Shown: positions 34,113 through 45,176, counted from the whole stretch's first letter. The stretch is DNA of 63,808 nucleotides, filler included, from Trichomonas gallinae (GCA_008369845.1; 10 parts of 10 records of this genome joined end to end with filler, not necessarily neighbours in it); one strand, 5' to 3'. Translations and numbers: made by a program. Notes: generated by a model not told the origin, from the sequence alone.

Positions 34113-35090
34113 AAATTTATTCTCAGAGATTGGTCTTCATATTATGAAAATACAAATCATATCTCTATTGAAAAGAAAGCGCCACAAAATAGTATTGTAG
34201 TCACCAATGGATCTTCTTATTTTATTTTCGTTTGTTGTTTCATTGAACAAAAAGTCAATTGAGCTATAAAGTTCAGCGCAAATACAGAATTAACAAATTT
34301 ATTATTAGATTCCATAATTTTTTATTGCTGTTCATCCACAACTAGTGGATGATCTCTATTTATTAGATACGGTGAGTGCATCCAAGAACGAGTAAATTAC
34401 GTAGATTCGAAATCTCAGTCTACTTCTAGTGCCTATTTTTCAAGCGTTAGTATAGGGAAACGAAATTATGCGAAGTTATCAAGCATTAGTTCATGTGGCG
34501 ATTATGGGCATTCCTATTGCATTGATCCAAATTTTGGAAATGCACAAATTGATAATGTTAACATATCAAATAATGTAGCTTCTGGTAGATCCGGCTTTGA
34601 TATTGATAATGGTGAAAATAATAGCTTCTTGAAGTTCACTTCTGTTGTGAATAACTCAGATAAAGACGCAGAATCTATTTTAAACTTTTATGGTGGAACA
34701 AATTTAAGCATTATAAAGTGCAATTTTTTAAAGAATTATGGGAAAACAATTCAGATTGGCCAATTATTGAATCTTAATTCAAATACAAGGATAGAAAATT
34801 GTTGTTTCAAAGAAAATGATTGCAGCTATGTATTTTCGATCAGTCCAGGCCTTTCAATAATTGTTCTCAATTGTTATTATGATAAATCCACGACATCAGG
34901 CGATTCAATTCAATTCATCTCTCCTGAAGCTGAAAACAGCATAATATCATTGAGTCATTATTATGCCGAAAATTGTTATGAAATTCAACAGTATAAAAAT
35001 AGGATTGATTACACATGTCATAATATTCATCTTCAAAACATGATTAATTTTGATATTAGATCCATTTATATATTGATTATAATTCGTTAA
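34113..35090 (+). pseudogene. Family B copy B3 with two in-frame TGA stops and no ATG
   Basis: FILRDWSSYY...; TGA at 34260 and 34350 replace conserved Gly codons (NGAI, GGSL); frame otherwise intact. Confidence 0.75.
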
Positions 35091-35553
35091 TTATTGATAA
35101 TATAACAATTTCATCGTGATTATTTTACAGTTTGGATACTTTATTGGATATGGCGCTGTTTAATTAATGATTATGGCTGCAAAAAGAAAAAAAAATGTCA
35201 TTGATGTTATAATGGAAAATCATGATCCCAATATATATATATGGACTGATCCATATATTATGGAAATACAAATAGTTGTTACTGAAGGATCCTCTTATGA
35301 ATAATATCCCAACTAACAGATTAGTAATGATGAGAAAATAAAGTTGGTAGCCAGTATCTTTAAAAATATTCTCAAAAATCAAATATGCAAAATTAATTTT
35401 CACAGATCATTCACCTCACAGCAATATTATAATACTGAAAATATTTTTAACATAGTATATTTTAATAATCATTGTCATTGAATGAAGCTATCTTGATGCA
35501 GCCTTCCAATTTGTCAAATTTCCTATGAAATGAAAATAGTTGATGAAATTTAA

Positions 35554-36525
35554 AGAAATTCAATATTCCACGATTGGAGTACATATTATGGAAATACAAA
35601 TCATCAATCCTTAAAAGGGAAAGAACCAGAAAATAGTTTAATTGTTACAAATGGACTTTCTTATTTAATTTCATTTTGTAGTTTTATTTTATTGAAATCT
35701 AATGGAGCAGTTCAATTTAATTCGGAAATCACAACAACTAAATTACTAGTCGACTCCACGGATTTTAAGCTCTGTTCATCAGTAATACAAGGAGGATCAC
35801 TTTACTTTAAAACTGGAGAATGCATACAAGAGAAAGTTTGTTATTATAATTCGACATCACAGAGCGAAGGTCATGCCTATTATTCTATTATTGCTGTTAA
35901 TCAAAGATGTTTTATGAAATCATGCAGTGCATCTTAATGCGGCAAATATGAAAATAATCGCTGCGTTTATACTAATAATGGAATTGCTCAACTCGATAAT
36001 TTTAATATGTCAAATAATATTGGAAATGGAAATCCGACATATGGTATTGGAAAAGAGGAATTGGGAAGTTTTATTAAATATTTAAATTTGGTGAATAACA
36101 TTGCAAAAGTTCAAACAAATTTTGATTACTGCGATGGTGCTGATTTCAGAATCATAAGTTGTAATTTTTATAAGAATCATGGTATAACTGATCCTATAGG
36201 ACAATTGTTATATTGTATGACATCTACAAATGTAGAAAATAGCTGCTTCAAAGAAAACAAATGTATAACAGTTTTCTGTGTTGCTTCGGAGAAGACAATG
36301 ATTGTTAAAAACTGTTTCTATGACCAATCTGCCACATCATTAGGGACAGTTCAGTTTGAATCTTCAAATATTGACAGTAACACAATCATTTTCAAGATAG
36401 AAAGATGCTTTGCTTATTTCAATATTAATAATTGCACATGTTATGATAATCAAGAATTTAGAAATTTGATCATTTTGCTTCCTAAGTCAATATATATTTC
36501 ATGTTTAATTCAGACATTTGAATAA
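35554..36525 (+). pseudogene. Family B copy B4 with one in-frame TAA and no N-terminal ATG
   Basis: IFHDWSTYYG...; TAA at 35935 replaces the Ser of conserved SCG; continues in frame into track ORF 36007..36525. Confidence 0.75.
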
Positions 36526-36601
36526 GTTTATACATGTTTCTGATGCATTATGTGTCACATTTTATTGAAAATTGATAGAAATAAAATATATTCTATGATA
36601 A

Positions 36602-37573
36602 AAATTTATTTTAAAAGATTGGGTAACATTTTATGGTAATTCATATCACAAATCAGTTGAAAACAAAGCATCACAAAGCTATTTATTTGTTAGTGATGGT
36701 TCATCTTATCACATTCTGCTATGCAGTTTCATTTCTCAAAACTCGAATGGTGCCATACGATATAGTGGAAATACAGCATCTACTGATTTCTTGATAGAAT
36801 CGACAATTTTTGACAGTTGCTCATCAACATCAGAAGGAGGTTCTCTCTATTTTAATCAAGGAGAATGCATACAAAAACAAGTGTGTTATTACAACTCTAG
36901 ATCATCTTCATCCTCTCATGTATATCATTCGACTGTCACTGCCGGACAAAGAAATTTTATACTTTTGGCAAGTATTCAATCTTGTGGAGAATACGAGCAT
37001 AAGTATGGACTAAATTTAAACACTGGATTTATTAAAATTGATAATGTTAATATTTCAAATAATCTAGGGATATCATATCCTATTTACAGTATTAATAATG
37101 CCGAATCTGGCAGTTTTTTCCAATTTACAACTTTTATGAGTAATATACAAAAAAATCAAGGCGCATTTGCTCATTATGCAGGAATCGATTTGAAAATCAT
37201 TAGTTGCAATTACATCAAAAACTCTGGTTTATCAAATCCGATTTCAATTTTGCTTGATATTCATCCCACTTCAAATTTGGAAAACTGTTGCTTTCTGTTA
37301 AATAATTGTAACACAATATTTTATGTTGATACCGGTAAAACTCTATATGTAAAATATTGTTATTATGATAAATCTACAACATCTGGAGGAAATATTCAAT
37401 TTATATCTCCAAAAAGCAGTAGTAATACCATTGAATTGTCTCATATTAATCTTGGAAAATGTTTTGGGAAAACCAAACAAATGAAATGTTACTATAGTTG
37501 CAATGAAAATCAACCATATAATAGTTTGAATGGTATTTTTAAATCTATTTGCGTGACAATTTATGTTTATTGA
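36602..37573 (+). CDS. Family B copy B5, intact frame but no N-terminal ATG
   Basis: TAA at 36599, then KFILKDWVTFYGNSYH...NGAIRY in frame with track ORF 36791..37573. Confidence 0.72.
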   Translation, partial: KFILKDWVTFYGNSYHKSVENKASQSYLFVSDGSSYHILLCSFISQNSNGAIRYSGNTASTDFLIESTIFDSCSSTSEGGSLYFNQGECIQKQVCYYNSRSSSSSHVYHSTVTAGQRNFILLASIQSCGEYEHKYGLNLNTGFIKIDNVNISNNLGISYPIYSINNAESGSFFQFTTFMSNIQKNQGAFAHYAGIDLKIISCNYIKNSGLSNPISILLDIHPTSNLENCCFLLNNCNTIFYVDTGKTLYVKYCYYDKSTTSGGNIQFISPKSSSNTIELSHINLGKCFGKTKQMKCYYSCNENQPYNSLNGIFKSICVTIYVY

Positions 37574-37859
37574 ATTAATAGACTTTTTGATGATTTTAAT
37601 TTGTATTTGTATTCAATTTAGACAAAAATTGACATTATTTTCAAAAAGAAAAAATATTAATAAAACGCAATGAGATTTATTTTAAAACATATTTATAATA
37701 TTAATATCTTATTTTCGAAAATAATATTTTTAAGTCAATAAGATTATTTTGAACCTGAACGGAAAGATGATTTGTCACATGGGAATGATTCATAATTGAG
37801 AATTTCGGAATTATTTGTCAAATATTTGATTTAAACAAATCGGTTTTGAAATTGTATGA

Positions 37860-38092
37860 TTTAATCCTATACTCCAGGATTGGTCAGCGTATTATGGAAA
37901 TGTATATCATATTCCTCTTGAAAAGAAAACACCGGAGAATAGTTTAATTGTTACTGATGGATCTTCATATTTCATTCTCCTATGCAGATTCATCAGACAA
38001 AATGATAATGGGGCAATAAAATTCAGCGAAAACAAAGAAACAACCGATTTACTTATTGAATCCACCATTTTTGATAGTTGTTCATCGACATC
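37860..38092 (+). CDS. Family B copy B1, 5' part (no ATG), truncated by the contig end
   Basis: TGA at 37857, then FNPILQDWSAYYGNVYH...NGAIKFSENKETTDLL; last 74 nt identical to 31106-31179. Confidence 0.72.
38019..38092 (+). repeat. 74-nt terminal direct repeat identical to contig start 31106-31179
   Basis: Base-by-base identity AAATTCAGCGAAAAC...GTTCATCGACATC. Confidence 0.93.
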
Positions 38093-38239
38093 NNNNNNNN
38101 NNNNNNNNNNNNNNNNNNNNNNNNNNNNNNNNNNNNTTAATTAATTAANNNNNNNNNNNNNNNNNNNNNNNNNNNNNNNNNNNNNNNNNNNNAATATGGT
38201 GTATGTACATATAGTATATAGACAAAGTTTGGAGCAAAA

Positions 38240-38268
38240 ATACCAAAAAACCTGGTTTCTACACCTCT
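38240..38268. repeat. Dispersed ~30-nt repeat, copy 2
   Basis: ATACCAAAAAACCTGGTTTCTACACCTCT matches 121-150. Confidence 0.6.
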
Positions 38269-38373
38269 TTTTTGTTTAAAAATTACTCTAAGTTTAGGCA
38301 TTTTTTTTTTTTTTTTTGATGCGACTTTATATATCATGGATTTATATATTTTATTTAAAATTAATGTTAACAT

Positions 38374-38430
38374 TGACTAAATTGTAAAAGTGATAATTTT
38401 TTTTTTTATGACTAAATTGTAAAAGTGATA
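38374..38430. repeat. 22-nt direct repeat TGACTAAATTGTAAAAGTGATA x2
   Basis: Copies at 38374-38395 and 38409-38430, separated by a T run; abuts the sulfatase stop codon. Confidence 0.8.
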
Positions 38431-40209
38431 TTATTTTACCACTTTAAGTGTTCCAAACACATTAGGTTCATTGATTGTATGTAATGAATTCAAGTATTGA
38501 GACTGGTACCACATGGTAACGCCTGAGCATTCTTTTTCGAGTTTTTCAAATCCATACTTTTCGAGCTTAGTTTGCTGATCAGAAAACAGATTAACACCGA
38601 TGCCAAGAGTGTCACCTACGATATTAAATCCAGCTGCAGAGAGAATAGAAGGATAAATATCATAGTTAGAAAACTGTCTATTAAATGTTTTGACATCTTG
38701 GTGATTGAATGCTTTGTTTTTAGGATTGATAAAAGCATTATAAACTCGACGATCATATCCATGGTATTCAGGTTGCATCATTAAATCATAATATCGAGAG
38801 TGATGATCACCAACTATTACTATAAGTGTATCATTAAACCAAGGCTGCGATTTACACCAATGATAAAATTGCCGGAATTTGGTATCGGCGCACCGATAAG
38901 CACGATAAAACGAATTTTCATCTTCTGGACAATCATCACAGACAATTCCTGGATGATGAGTATCTAATGTTGCAAAGAATGCAAAAAATGGCTTGCCTGA
39001 ATGAGCGGATCTATTGATGTTATCAAGGAATTGCGGAATCATAACTCTGTCGCGTTGCCATTTATAAACGCTTGATGCAGTTATATTAGGTGCATTGTGA
39101 TAATCAAAAAGAAATCCAATACCCCAGTCTTTCTTCGTTGTTCCATATGTTATTGTTATATCATATCCGTAGTGATGTAGAACATCAGTTATGCATGGGT
39201 ATTTGCTGTAGAATTGATTTAATAAGGAAGAGTTCTCAATATGTACTGCAATGTTTTCACCAATGAAAGGAATCCCACAAAAACTAGCTAGGGTTGCATG
39301 TGTTGTAAATCGAGTAAATTTGTTCTGCAAAAGTCCACCAACTGTTCCATTTTGTAGATGCGTGAAGTGATAAACATTAGGCCAAAATGTTAGATTTTCT
39401 AAGAATGGAATTTTAGAAACAGGCTGAGCACCACTAACTTTCTTAGAAATTAATACATTATCCATGCTTTCCATTTGATAGAAGATAATATTTGGCAATT
39501 TCTTAGGTGGGATAATGTTATCAAATTCAGGCGATACAGCATTATTCCGGAACCATTCGTAGTTTGCAATTGAATCAGGCAGAACTACACTATGAGCAAT
39601 GATCAAAAAAGGGACCAAAAAAACTAAAATAGCATAGTTCTTTGGAAATTTTGGAAATCTTTTCAAGACTTGCAAAATAATGTAATTAAAAATGAGGGGT
39701 GTGATAATTGTTGTTACCAAATGCCTTTGAATGAAGTCAAATATGATATCTGTATTTCCTTTATATTCTCCTGCCTGACTAAGCATTAATATAAGTTCAC
39801 TGATCTCAATTTTCCCAGACAAAATATAAACCTCTTTACAGAAGGAAAGTCCAAGACTCAATAGGAAGCAAAACACATAAGTTTGTAAAGTATCGAAAAA
39901 ATTTATACGTTTTTGCTGAGCTGAATGCGCTTCAATTTTTCGAATCTTATATTTCTTCTGTATATAGAACAAAATAATTAGTAATAAGTCTCCAATAATG
40001 CAGTAATATATCTTGAAGAGTGCTCTAGAAAACATTTTACTAAAAAGATGCACAGAAAAGTTTGAAATAAGCCAAGTTAAAGTAATCACGATTATGAAAA
40101 TGGATTGAATGAGCTCACGTTTCGATTTGGATGCAAATTTCATAAAATATATCAAATAAATGACTAATGGACTGCCATAATAAACAATGACGTTGAATTG
40201 TGGGCGCAT
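38431..40209 (-). CDS. Membrane-anchored sulfatase / alkaline-phosphatase-fold enzyme (LtaS / MdoB phosphoglycerol transferase-like)
   Basis: Several N-terminal TM helices; PNIIFYQMESM, Thr nucleophile region FTTHATLASFCG, TLDTHHPG, TLIVIVGDHH, DIYPSIL, GVNLF. Confidence 0.85.
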   Translation of the reverse strand: MRPQFNVIVYYGSPLVIYLIYFMKFASKSKRELIQSIFIIVITLTWLISNFSVHLFSKMFSRALFKIYYCIIGDLLLIILFYIQKKYKIRKIEAHSAQQKRINFFDTLQTYVFCFLLSLGLSFCKEVYILSGKIEISELILMLSQAGEYKGNTDIIFDFIQRHLVTTIITPLIFNYIILQVLKRFPKFPKNYAILVFLVPFLIIAHSVVLPDSIANYEWFRNNAVSPEFDNIIPPKKLPNIIFYQMESMDNVLISKKVSGAQPVSKIPFLENLTFWPNVYHFTHLQNGTVGGLLQNKFTRFTTHATLASFCGIPFIGENIAVHIENSSLLNQFYSKYPCITDVLHHYGYDITITYGTTKKDWGIGFLFDYHNAPNITASSVYKWQRDRVMIPQFLDNINRSAHSGKPFFAFFATLDTHHPGIVCDDCPEDENSFYRAYRCADTKFRQFYHWCKSQPWFNDTLIVIVGDHHSRYYDLMMQPEYHGYDRRVYNAFINPKNKAFNHQDVKTFNRQFSNYDIYPSILSAAGFNIVGDTLGIGVNLFSDQQTKLEKYGFEKLEKECSGVTMWYQSQYLNSLHTINEPNVFGTLKVVK

Positions 40210-41133
40210 AAAATTAACCCTTTATGTTTTCACTTTTCCGATTCATTTTCCTGAGAAAAAAAGCTAAATTATACAAATTAATATTCATCCATTAGGATAT
40301 GATTCTTTTCATTCAACAATAAAATGCAACCACTCAAAAATTCTCGATCTAAATACAAATTCAAACCATCAATTTTTAATGCAATTCGTGTCTCAATAAT
40401 GGTTTACTGCTTTTGTGAATTAATGCAGCGACCGATATTGTTTTGAAACAAATCATCAATTTCATAGATTCATTAGAATATAATAATCTCCAATTGCATT
40501 AAAAAATTAGCATAAACTATGGAAAATATAATTGTCATTGGATAATACTATACATACCAATTTACCAAAATAGAGTCCTGGCGTTACATGTCAATTTATA
40601 TATTTACAAATCATAGTGCTTTAATTTTAATATTAATTAATAATTTCTAACAATAGTTGATTTTTTGACAATTTTTTTAGAATACATGTTACGAAAAATT
40701 GAAAGCTATTCGTGGCTTTTCATTCTATCTTTAGTCTTGAATAATTATTTCCGAATACTTAAGCTATTAATGAATATATTTATTTGCAAATAAACATAAT
40801 TCTATTTCCGAATAACTTTTTGCTCGCATTGTCTTTAGTTATTANNNNNNNNNNNNNNNNNNNNNNNNNNNNNNNNNNNNNNNNNNNNTTAATTAATTAA
40901 NNNNNNNNNNNNNNNNNNNNNNNNNNNNNNNNNNNNNNNNNNNNTGTTATTATTAGATTTCTCATATATATTTTTCATCTAAATCTCATTTCATTTGCTC
41001 ATTTTCTTTGATCTTTGAAATTTTATCATATTGTTTATCATAAACTATAGGTATGAACTCTATTTGACACAAATATGCTATGTGCTAGTATATTATTTTG
41101 TAGATTTATCTCCTTATTGATATAATATGAAAC

Positions 41134-41220
41134 GAATAAATATGACAAGTAAACAATTATTTGACATATTTATGAATGAATATGACAAGTAAATAATTAT
41201 ATGTCAAATTTATGAATGAA
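41134..41220 (+). repeat. 40-nt tandem repeat (~2.2 copies) overlapping the bromodomain gene start
   Basis: GAAT(A/G)AATATGACAAGTAAA(C/T)AATTAT units at 41134, 41174 and partial 41214. Confidence 0.75.
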
Positions 41221-42036
41221 TTTCAGCATGTAGCATGCAAAATGATATTTGATGTGCTAATGCATCGTCCAATTTCACGAATATTCTGGGAATGCAAGAA
41301 TGGAATCGAGAATTGTTTGATAGAGAAGCCTATTTCACTAAATTTGATTTCTCAAAAGTTGGAAAATCACATTTACAAATCACCAATAGAATTTTCGAAT
41401 GACATTTATACTATGCTATCTAATGCTAAACAGTGGAATAGCGAATTATCAATCAAACCTGCTGCTGCCGATTTATTATACTCAGATTTTCAAAAAGCTT
41501 ATTCTATTTTTAACCCAGCGGATATACCATTATCAATCAAGATAAGAATGAACATGAATGATTTAAATCATTTAATGGAAACATCTGTTTCAAGCACATC
41601 AGATAATTTAACTTCATCATCAGATCCTATAAATTATGTTATAAATCATAGAATAGAAAATCAAGACTTAATAGAAATATTCGATATATTAAAATTATTA
41701 GAGTTGTTAAAATCAACAGAATACATGCTTAAAGTATTAAGATACATATATCACATACAACCAGATGCGATTATTGTCGAAAATGGCATAACATTCCTCT
41801 ATGAAAACGTTCAAAAGCAAAATTATAAAGAAATCTACGACTATGCAATGAAACAAATAACAATTTTTGCATCATCAAGCAAATTACGTCATAATTCATT
41901 CACAGGAAGCTTATACAACGAAATTTTCATTTCAAATAAACAAAACATACAGGAACAGAACAAAGAAATACAACAAACTAATGAAAACAAAGCTCCAAAA
42001 GAGAATCAAGAAAAGAAAACAGAAAATCCAGCGTAA
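41212..42036 (+). CDS. Bromodomain-containing protein (divergent)
   Basis: HRPISRIF, IEKPISLNLISQKLENHIYKSPIEFSNDIYTMLSNAKQWN bromodomain signature. Confidence 0.8.
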   Translation: MNEFQHVACKMIFDVLMHRPISRIFWECKNGIENCLIEKPISLNLISQKLENHIYKSPIEFSNDIYTMLSNAKQWNSELSIKPAAADLLYSDFQKAYSIFNPADIPLSIKIRMNMNDLNHLMETSVSSTSDNLTSSSDPINYVINHRIENQDLIEIFDILKLLELLKSTEYMLKVLRYIYHIQPDAIIVENGITFLYENVQKQNYKEIYDYAMKQITIFASSSKLRHNSFTGSLYNEIFISNKQNIQEQNKEIQQTNENKAPKENQEKKTENPA

Positions 42037-42277
42037 TTTTCTAGAAATTGTTTATTATATTATTTATTATCAAAAAATCATGAGAAGTAGATGGACATTT
42101 CACATATTCGAATCAGATTTTGATAATATTATATTTTACCAAAATATTTTTTAAAGTTATTCTTCATAGAGTTTCATATATTAATAGTTTACATATTTTA
42201 TGTATTTTATTGTTTGTAAATATTTAGGATTTCAAAATTTAATTTTTTAATATAACAAACAAACATAATTATTATAA

Positions 42278-43552
42278 TCACAATTTTTGAGGGGCATCAC
42301 TAACCTGATTAATAACCTTTTTACGCGCAATAGACGACATGGCTTTCTTTATTGCCTTCATTTCTGCATCATCTGCCTTATGACGAGATAATACAAGTGT
42401 TGTATTCTTGGAATCCGATCCACTTTCCTTTGGCGCTCCTCCAAGAATAGGAAGCTTTGTTGACTGTGAACTCATCTTCTTATCGATCTGTATCAAGTAT
42501 TGCTTCAGCATATTCTGCTCATCAAGGTGCTCTTGGATAGTTCTTTCCAGTTCTTTGTTCCTTTTCACTTGGCTTTCGTATCTCATTTTATCATTTGCTC
42601 TTTCGCTTTCGATATAAGCTCTAAGCTCTTTATTGACACGCTGCGCATTCTCGAGTTCTTGTCTATCAAGAGCTCTCATGTGTTTTTTGATATGTTCTTT
42701 TCCGCGATTTATTTCTTCCATGACATGCTCATATTCTTTGTATGTATTTTCGTAGTTTTGGGATTCCATGTCATAGCGCTTTGCGAGAGTTGTTATTTCA
42801 CGTTGTAAAATTGAATCTTCAACTCTTGTATCTGATGTGAACCTTGCAGGCGGCTTGCTTAGCTTTTTCTCGAATTTCTTGTTAACTTGCTCTGCTTCGA
42901 GCTTGAATTCGCGCGTTTCTTGATGAACTTTTTTGTATTCGAGCTTGAAATTCTCGTTATCGAGTTGTGCATATGAATCGATTTGAGATTTTTGTGCATT
43001 TAGCTGTTCTACCATAGTTTGAAGTGATTGTCTTTCTCTTTCGTTGATTTGATATAATCTTCTGAGATGCTGTGTGTTTTGTAACACTTCTTCCTTTCTT
43101 TTACGCACAGCTAGGAATTCATCGCGGATTGCAATAAGTCTATCCGAGACATTTTCAGCATAGCGTGCAAAATCAGCTGTAAATTGATCTTGGAGCGCGT
43201 TATGCTGCTTTATTATTGTGTTAATACATGATGTGAGGATTCTAGTGTATTCCATATGCGTGATAAATGCCAATTTCGTAGCTTGTTCAGGTGTAAAAAA
43301 TTTTTGATCAGCAATTGCTTCGAAATCTCTTATCAAAGCATGCATATCTGATAACGATTGGGTAAATTCAGCCACTTTTTCTGATAATGCGCGGATTTGG
43401 GCATCTTTTTCTGCAATATCACGTTTCATTAAGTCATTTTCTGCTTTTTGATGCGCAATTTCCGAGTGCTGCTGAGTTCTAAACTTTCTAGTCGATGTTT
43501 TGAGAACAGGATCAAGCCCCCACATTGGAGGCCCGAAGATATCCTCAGACAT
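42278..43552 (-). CDS. Coiled-coil hypothetical protein
   Basis: Intact ORF with E/K/Q/R-rich heptads; likely start MSEDIFGPP at 43552 (track starts at 43621). Confidence 0.75.
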   Translation of the reverse strand: MSEDIFGPPMWGLDPVLKTSTRKFRTQQHSEIAHQKAENDLMKRDIAEKDAQIRALSEKVAEFTQSLSDMHALIRDFEAIADQKFFTPEQATKLAFITHMEYTRILTSCINTIIKQHNALQDQFTADFARYAENVSDRLIAIRDEFLAVRKRKEEVLQNTQHLRRLYQINERERQSLQTMVEQLNAQKSQIDSYAQLDNENFKLEYKKVHQETREFKLEAEQVNKKFEKKLSKPPARFTSDTRVEDSILQREITTLAKRYDMESQNYENTYKEYEHVMEEINRGKEHIKKHMRALDRQELENAQRVNKELRAYIESERANDKMRYESQVKRNKELERTIQEHLDEQNMLKQYLIQIDKKMSSQSTKLPILGGAPKESGSDSKNTTLVLSRHKADDAEMKAIKKAMSSIARKKVINQVSDAPQKL

Positions 43553-44701
43553 AGAAGAATAACGTGTTTTATAAAAAGTGTCATTGATAATTTTCATTTT
43601 TGATTTTTTTTCCACAATCATGAAAATCTGCCCAGAAACAAATATTGCACACGTTTCTTTGTCACCATTTGCATAGTTTAATCAACCAAATTCTCATCTT
43701 AACACAATTATTTTATATCGACTAATTGCGGCTAGAGTTTGCGCAAAAAAATTGATAAATGGACCATTAAATGTGTTTTAGGCACTCATATTTTGCAAGT
43801 CGTCATAATTAAGCGAAAAATATCATTAAAATGTATAAAATTACATAATCAGATAAGAATCTCAACTTACAAATCAAGGCATAATTGTTCGCATATGGGA
43901 AGAAGTCATATTGTAAATTCTAACTTTAAAGATTTTATTTCATATTCTGATATCTTAGCACTTGATTAAAGTAATATAGTACTAAGCTACACCAATATTT
44001 CTGTTATTATTGTTAGATCCACAGTGATGTTACTTTATTGATTAAAAAATAAGAATTTTCTGTTGCATGGTAAATTAGATTCATAGCTAATCAGCTTCGA
44101 ACAGTTTACTTTTTGAGATTCTATTTTGATAATAGAGAAATAGTTATATTTTGATAATGCATTATTCGATTTTTTGTAACGAAATAGAGATATAAGATTT
44201 GTATAATAGAATCGCTCAAATTTCCAATGACCATAAAGTCCATATCCTTATAATTTCAAAATTGATATTGTTTGGTATGACATTTTGACAATTTTAACTT
44301 CGAATTTAAATATGAAATGACTACAAAATAAGAATTCTCACAGAAAAGACAAAAGTAAGGTTCCAAAAATTTTGAGAAAACTAATCAATTTTGTATAAAT
44401 ATTAATATATTGTCATTGCACATAATTCTACATCTATTTATCAACATTTTAAAATAAATTGATACTTTTGAGAGTGTTTTCTGAAATAAATGAAGTATAA
44501 TTTTAACACTAAAAATATAATATTATAAAATTTTCTTAAATATAAATTTAAATTAAAAAAACATTCTCATATATCAACAAGATCCAAATATCACATTTTT
44601 ANNNNNNNNNNNNNNNNNNNNNNNNNNNNNNNNNNNNNNNNNNNNTTAATTAATTAANNNNNNNNNNNNNNNNNNNNNNNNNNNNNNNNNNNNNNNNNNN
44701 N

Positions 44702-44754
44702 AACCCGGACCCCCACCTTGGCAAGGTGAAATTCTACCATTAGACCAGCGGTGC
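44702..44754 (-). tRNA. tRNA-Gly(GCC), 3'-truncated by the assembly gap
   Basis: Reverse complement GCACCGCTGGTCTAATGGTAGAATTTCACCTTGCCAAGGTGGGGGTCCGGGTT: anticodon stem TCACC/GGTGG, loop TTGCCAA. Confidence 0.85.
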
Positions 44755-45176
44755 TACACATTCTCTCTTGAAATTTATTATTACTGATGATAATATTTTC
44801 TATATATTTCATATTACCACCTGCTGTAGGTAATGGTGGGCGAGTCACCCATTATTACAAAATGCACAAAGCTTAGCAAAAAATTTAGCTAAGCTTTTTA
44901 TTTTGAGCAAGATCCGCCCAGAAAATCGATCAACATTACAAATATAAATTGTTCGTTAAGGCCAAGAGATTCCACTGGAGTATCATCCAGGAGCATTATG
45001 TCATCGGAAATAAATTTAAGCTGGTTAGAAAGAATACCATTCTCTTTATCAAACACAACTTTTATTTCATAGTTACTTATACTTGTTTTTCTTCAATAGC
45101 TTTTTCAAAAATATATAGATAGTTACATTTATAAGATTCTCAATTAATCTAAATTTTATTCATTTTTTTCTTGTGA

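Noticed and set aside
34260..34352. Genome-wide stop-codon reassignment (TGA=Gly/Trp)
   Set aside because: Long genes translate cleanly with the standard code and some end in TGA (e.g. 20091); internal stops occur only in decaying copies
37854..37877. GTATGA...CAG 24-nt stretch resembling a short intron before GAT-TGG
   Set aside because: No CTAAC branch motif, and GT/AG ends are not conserved in the paralogues
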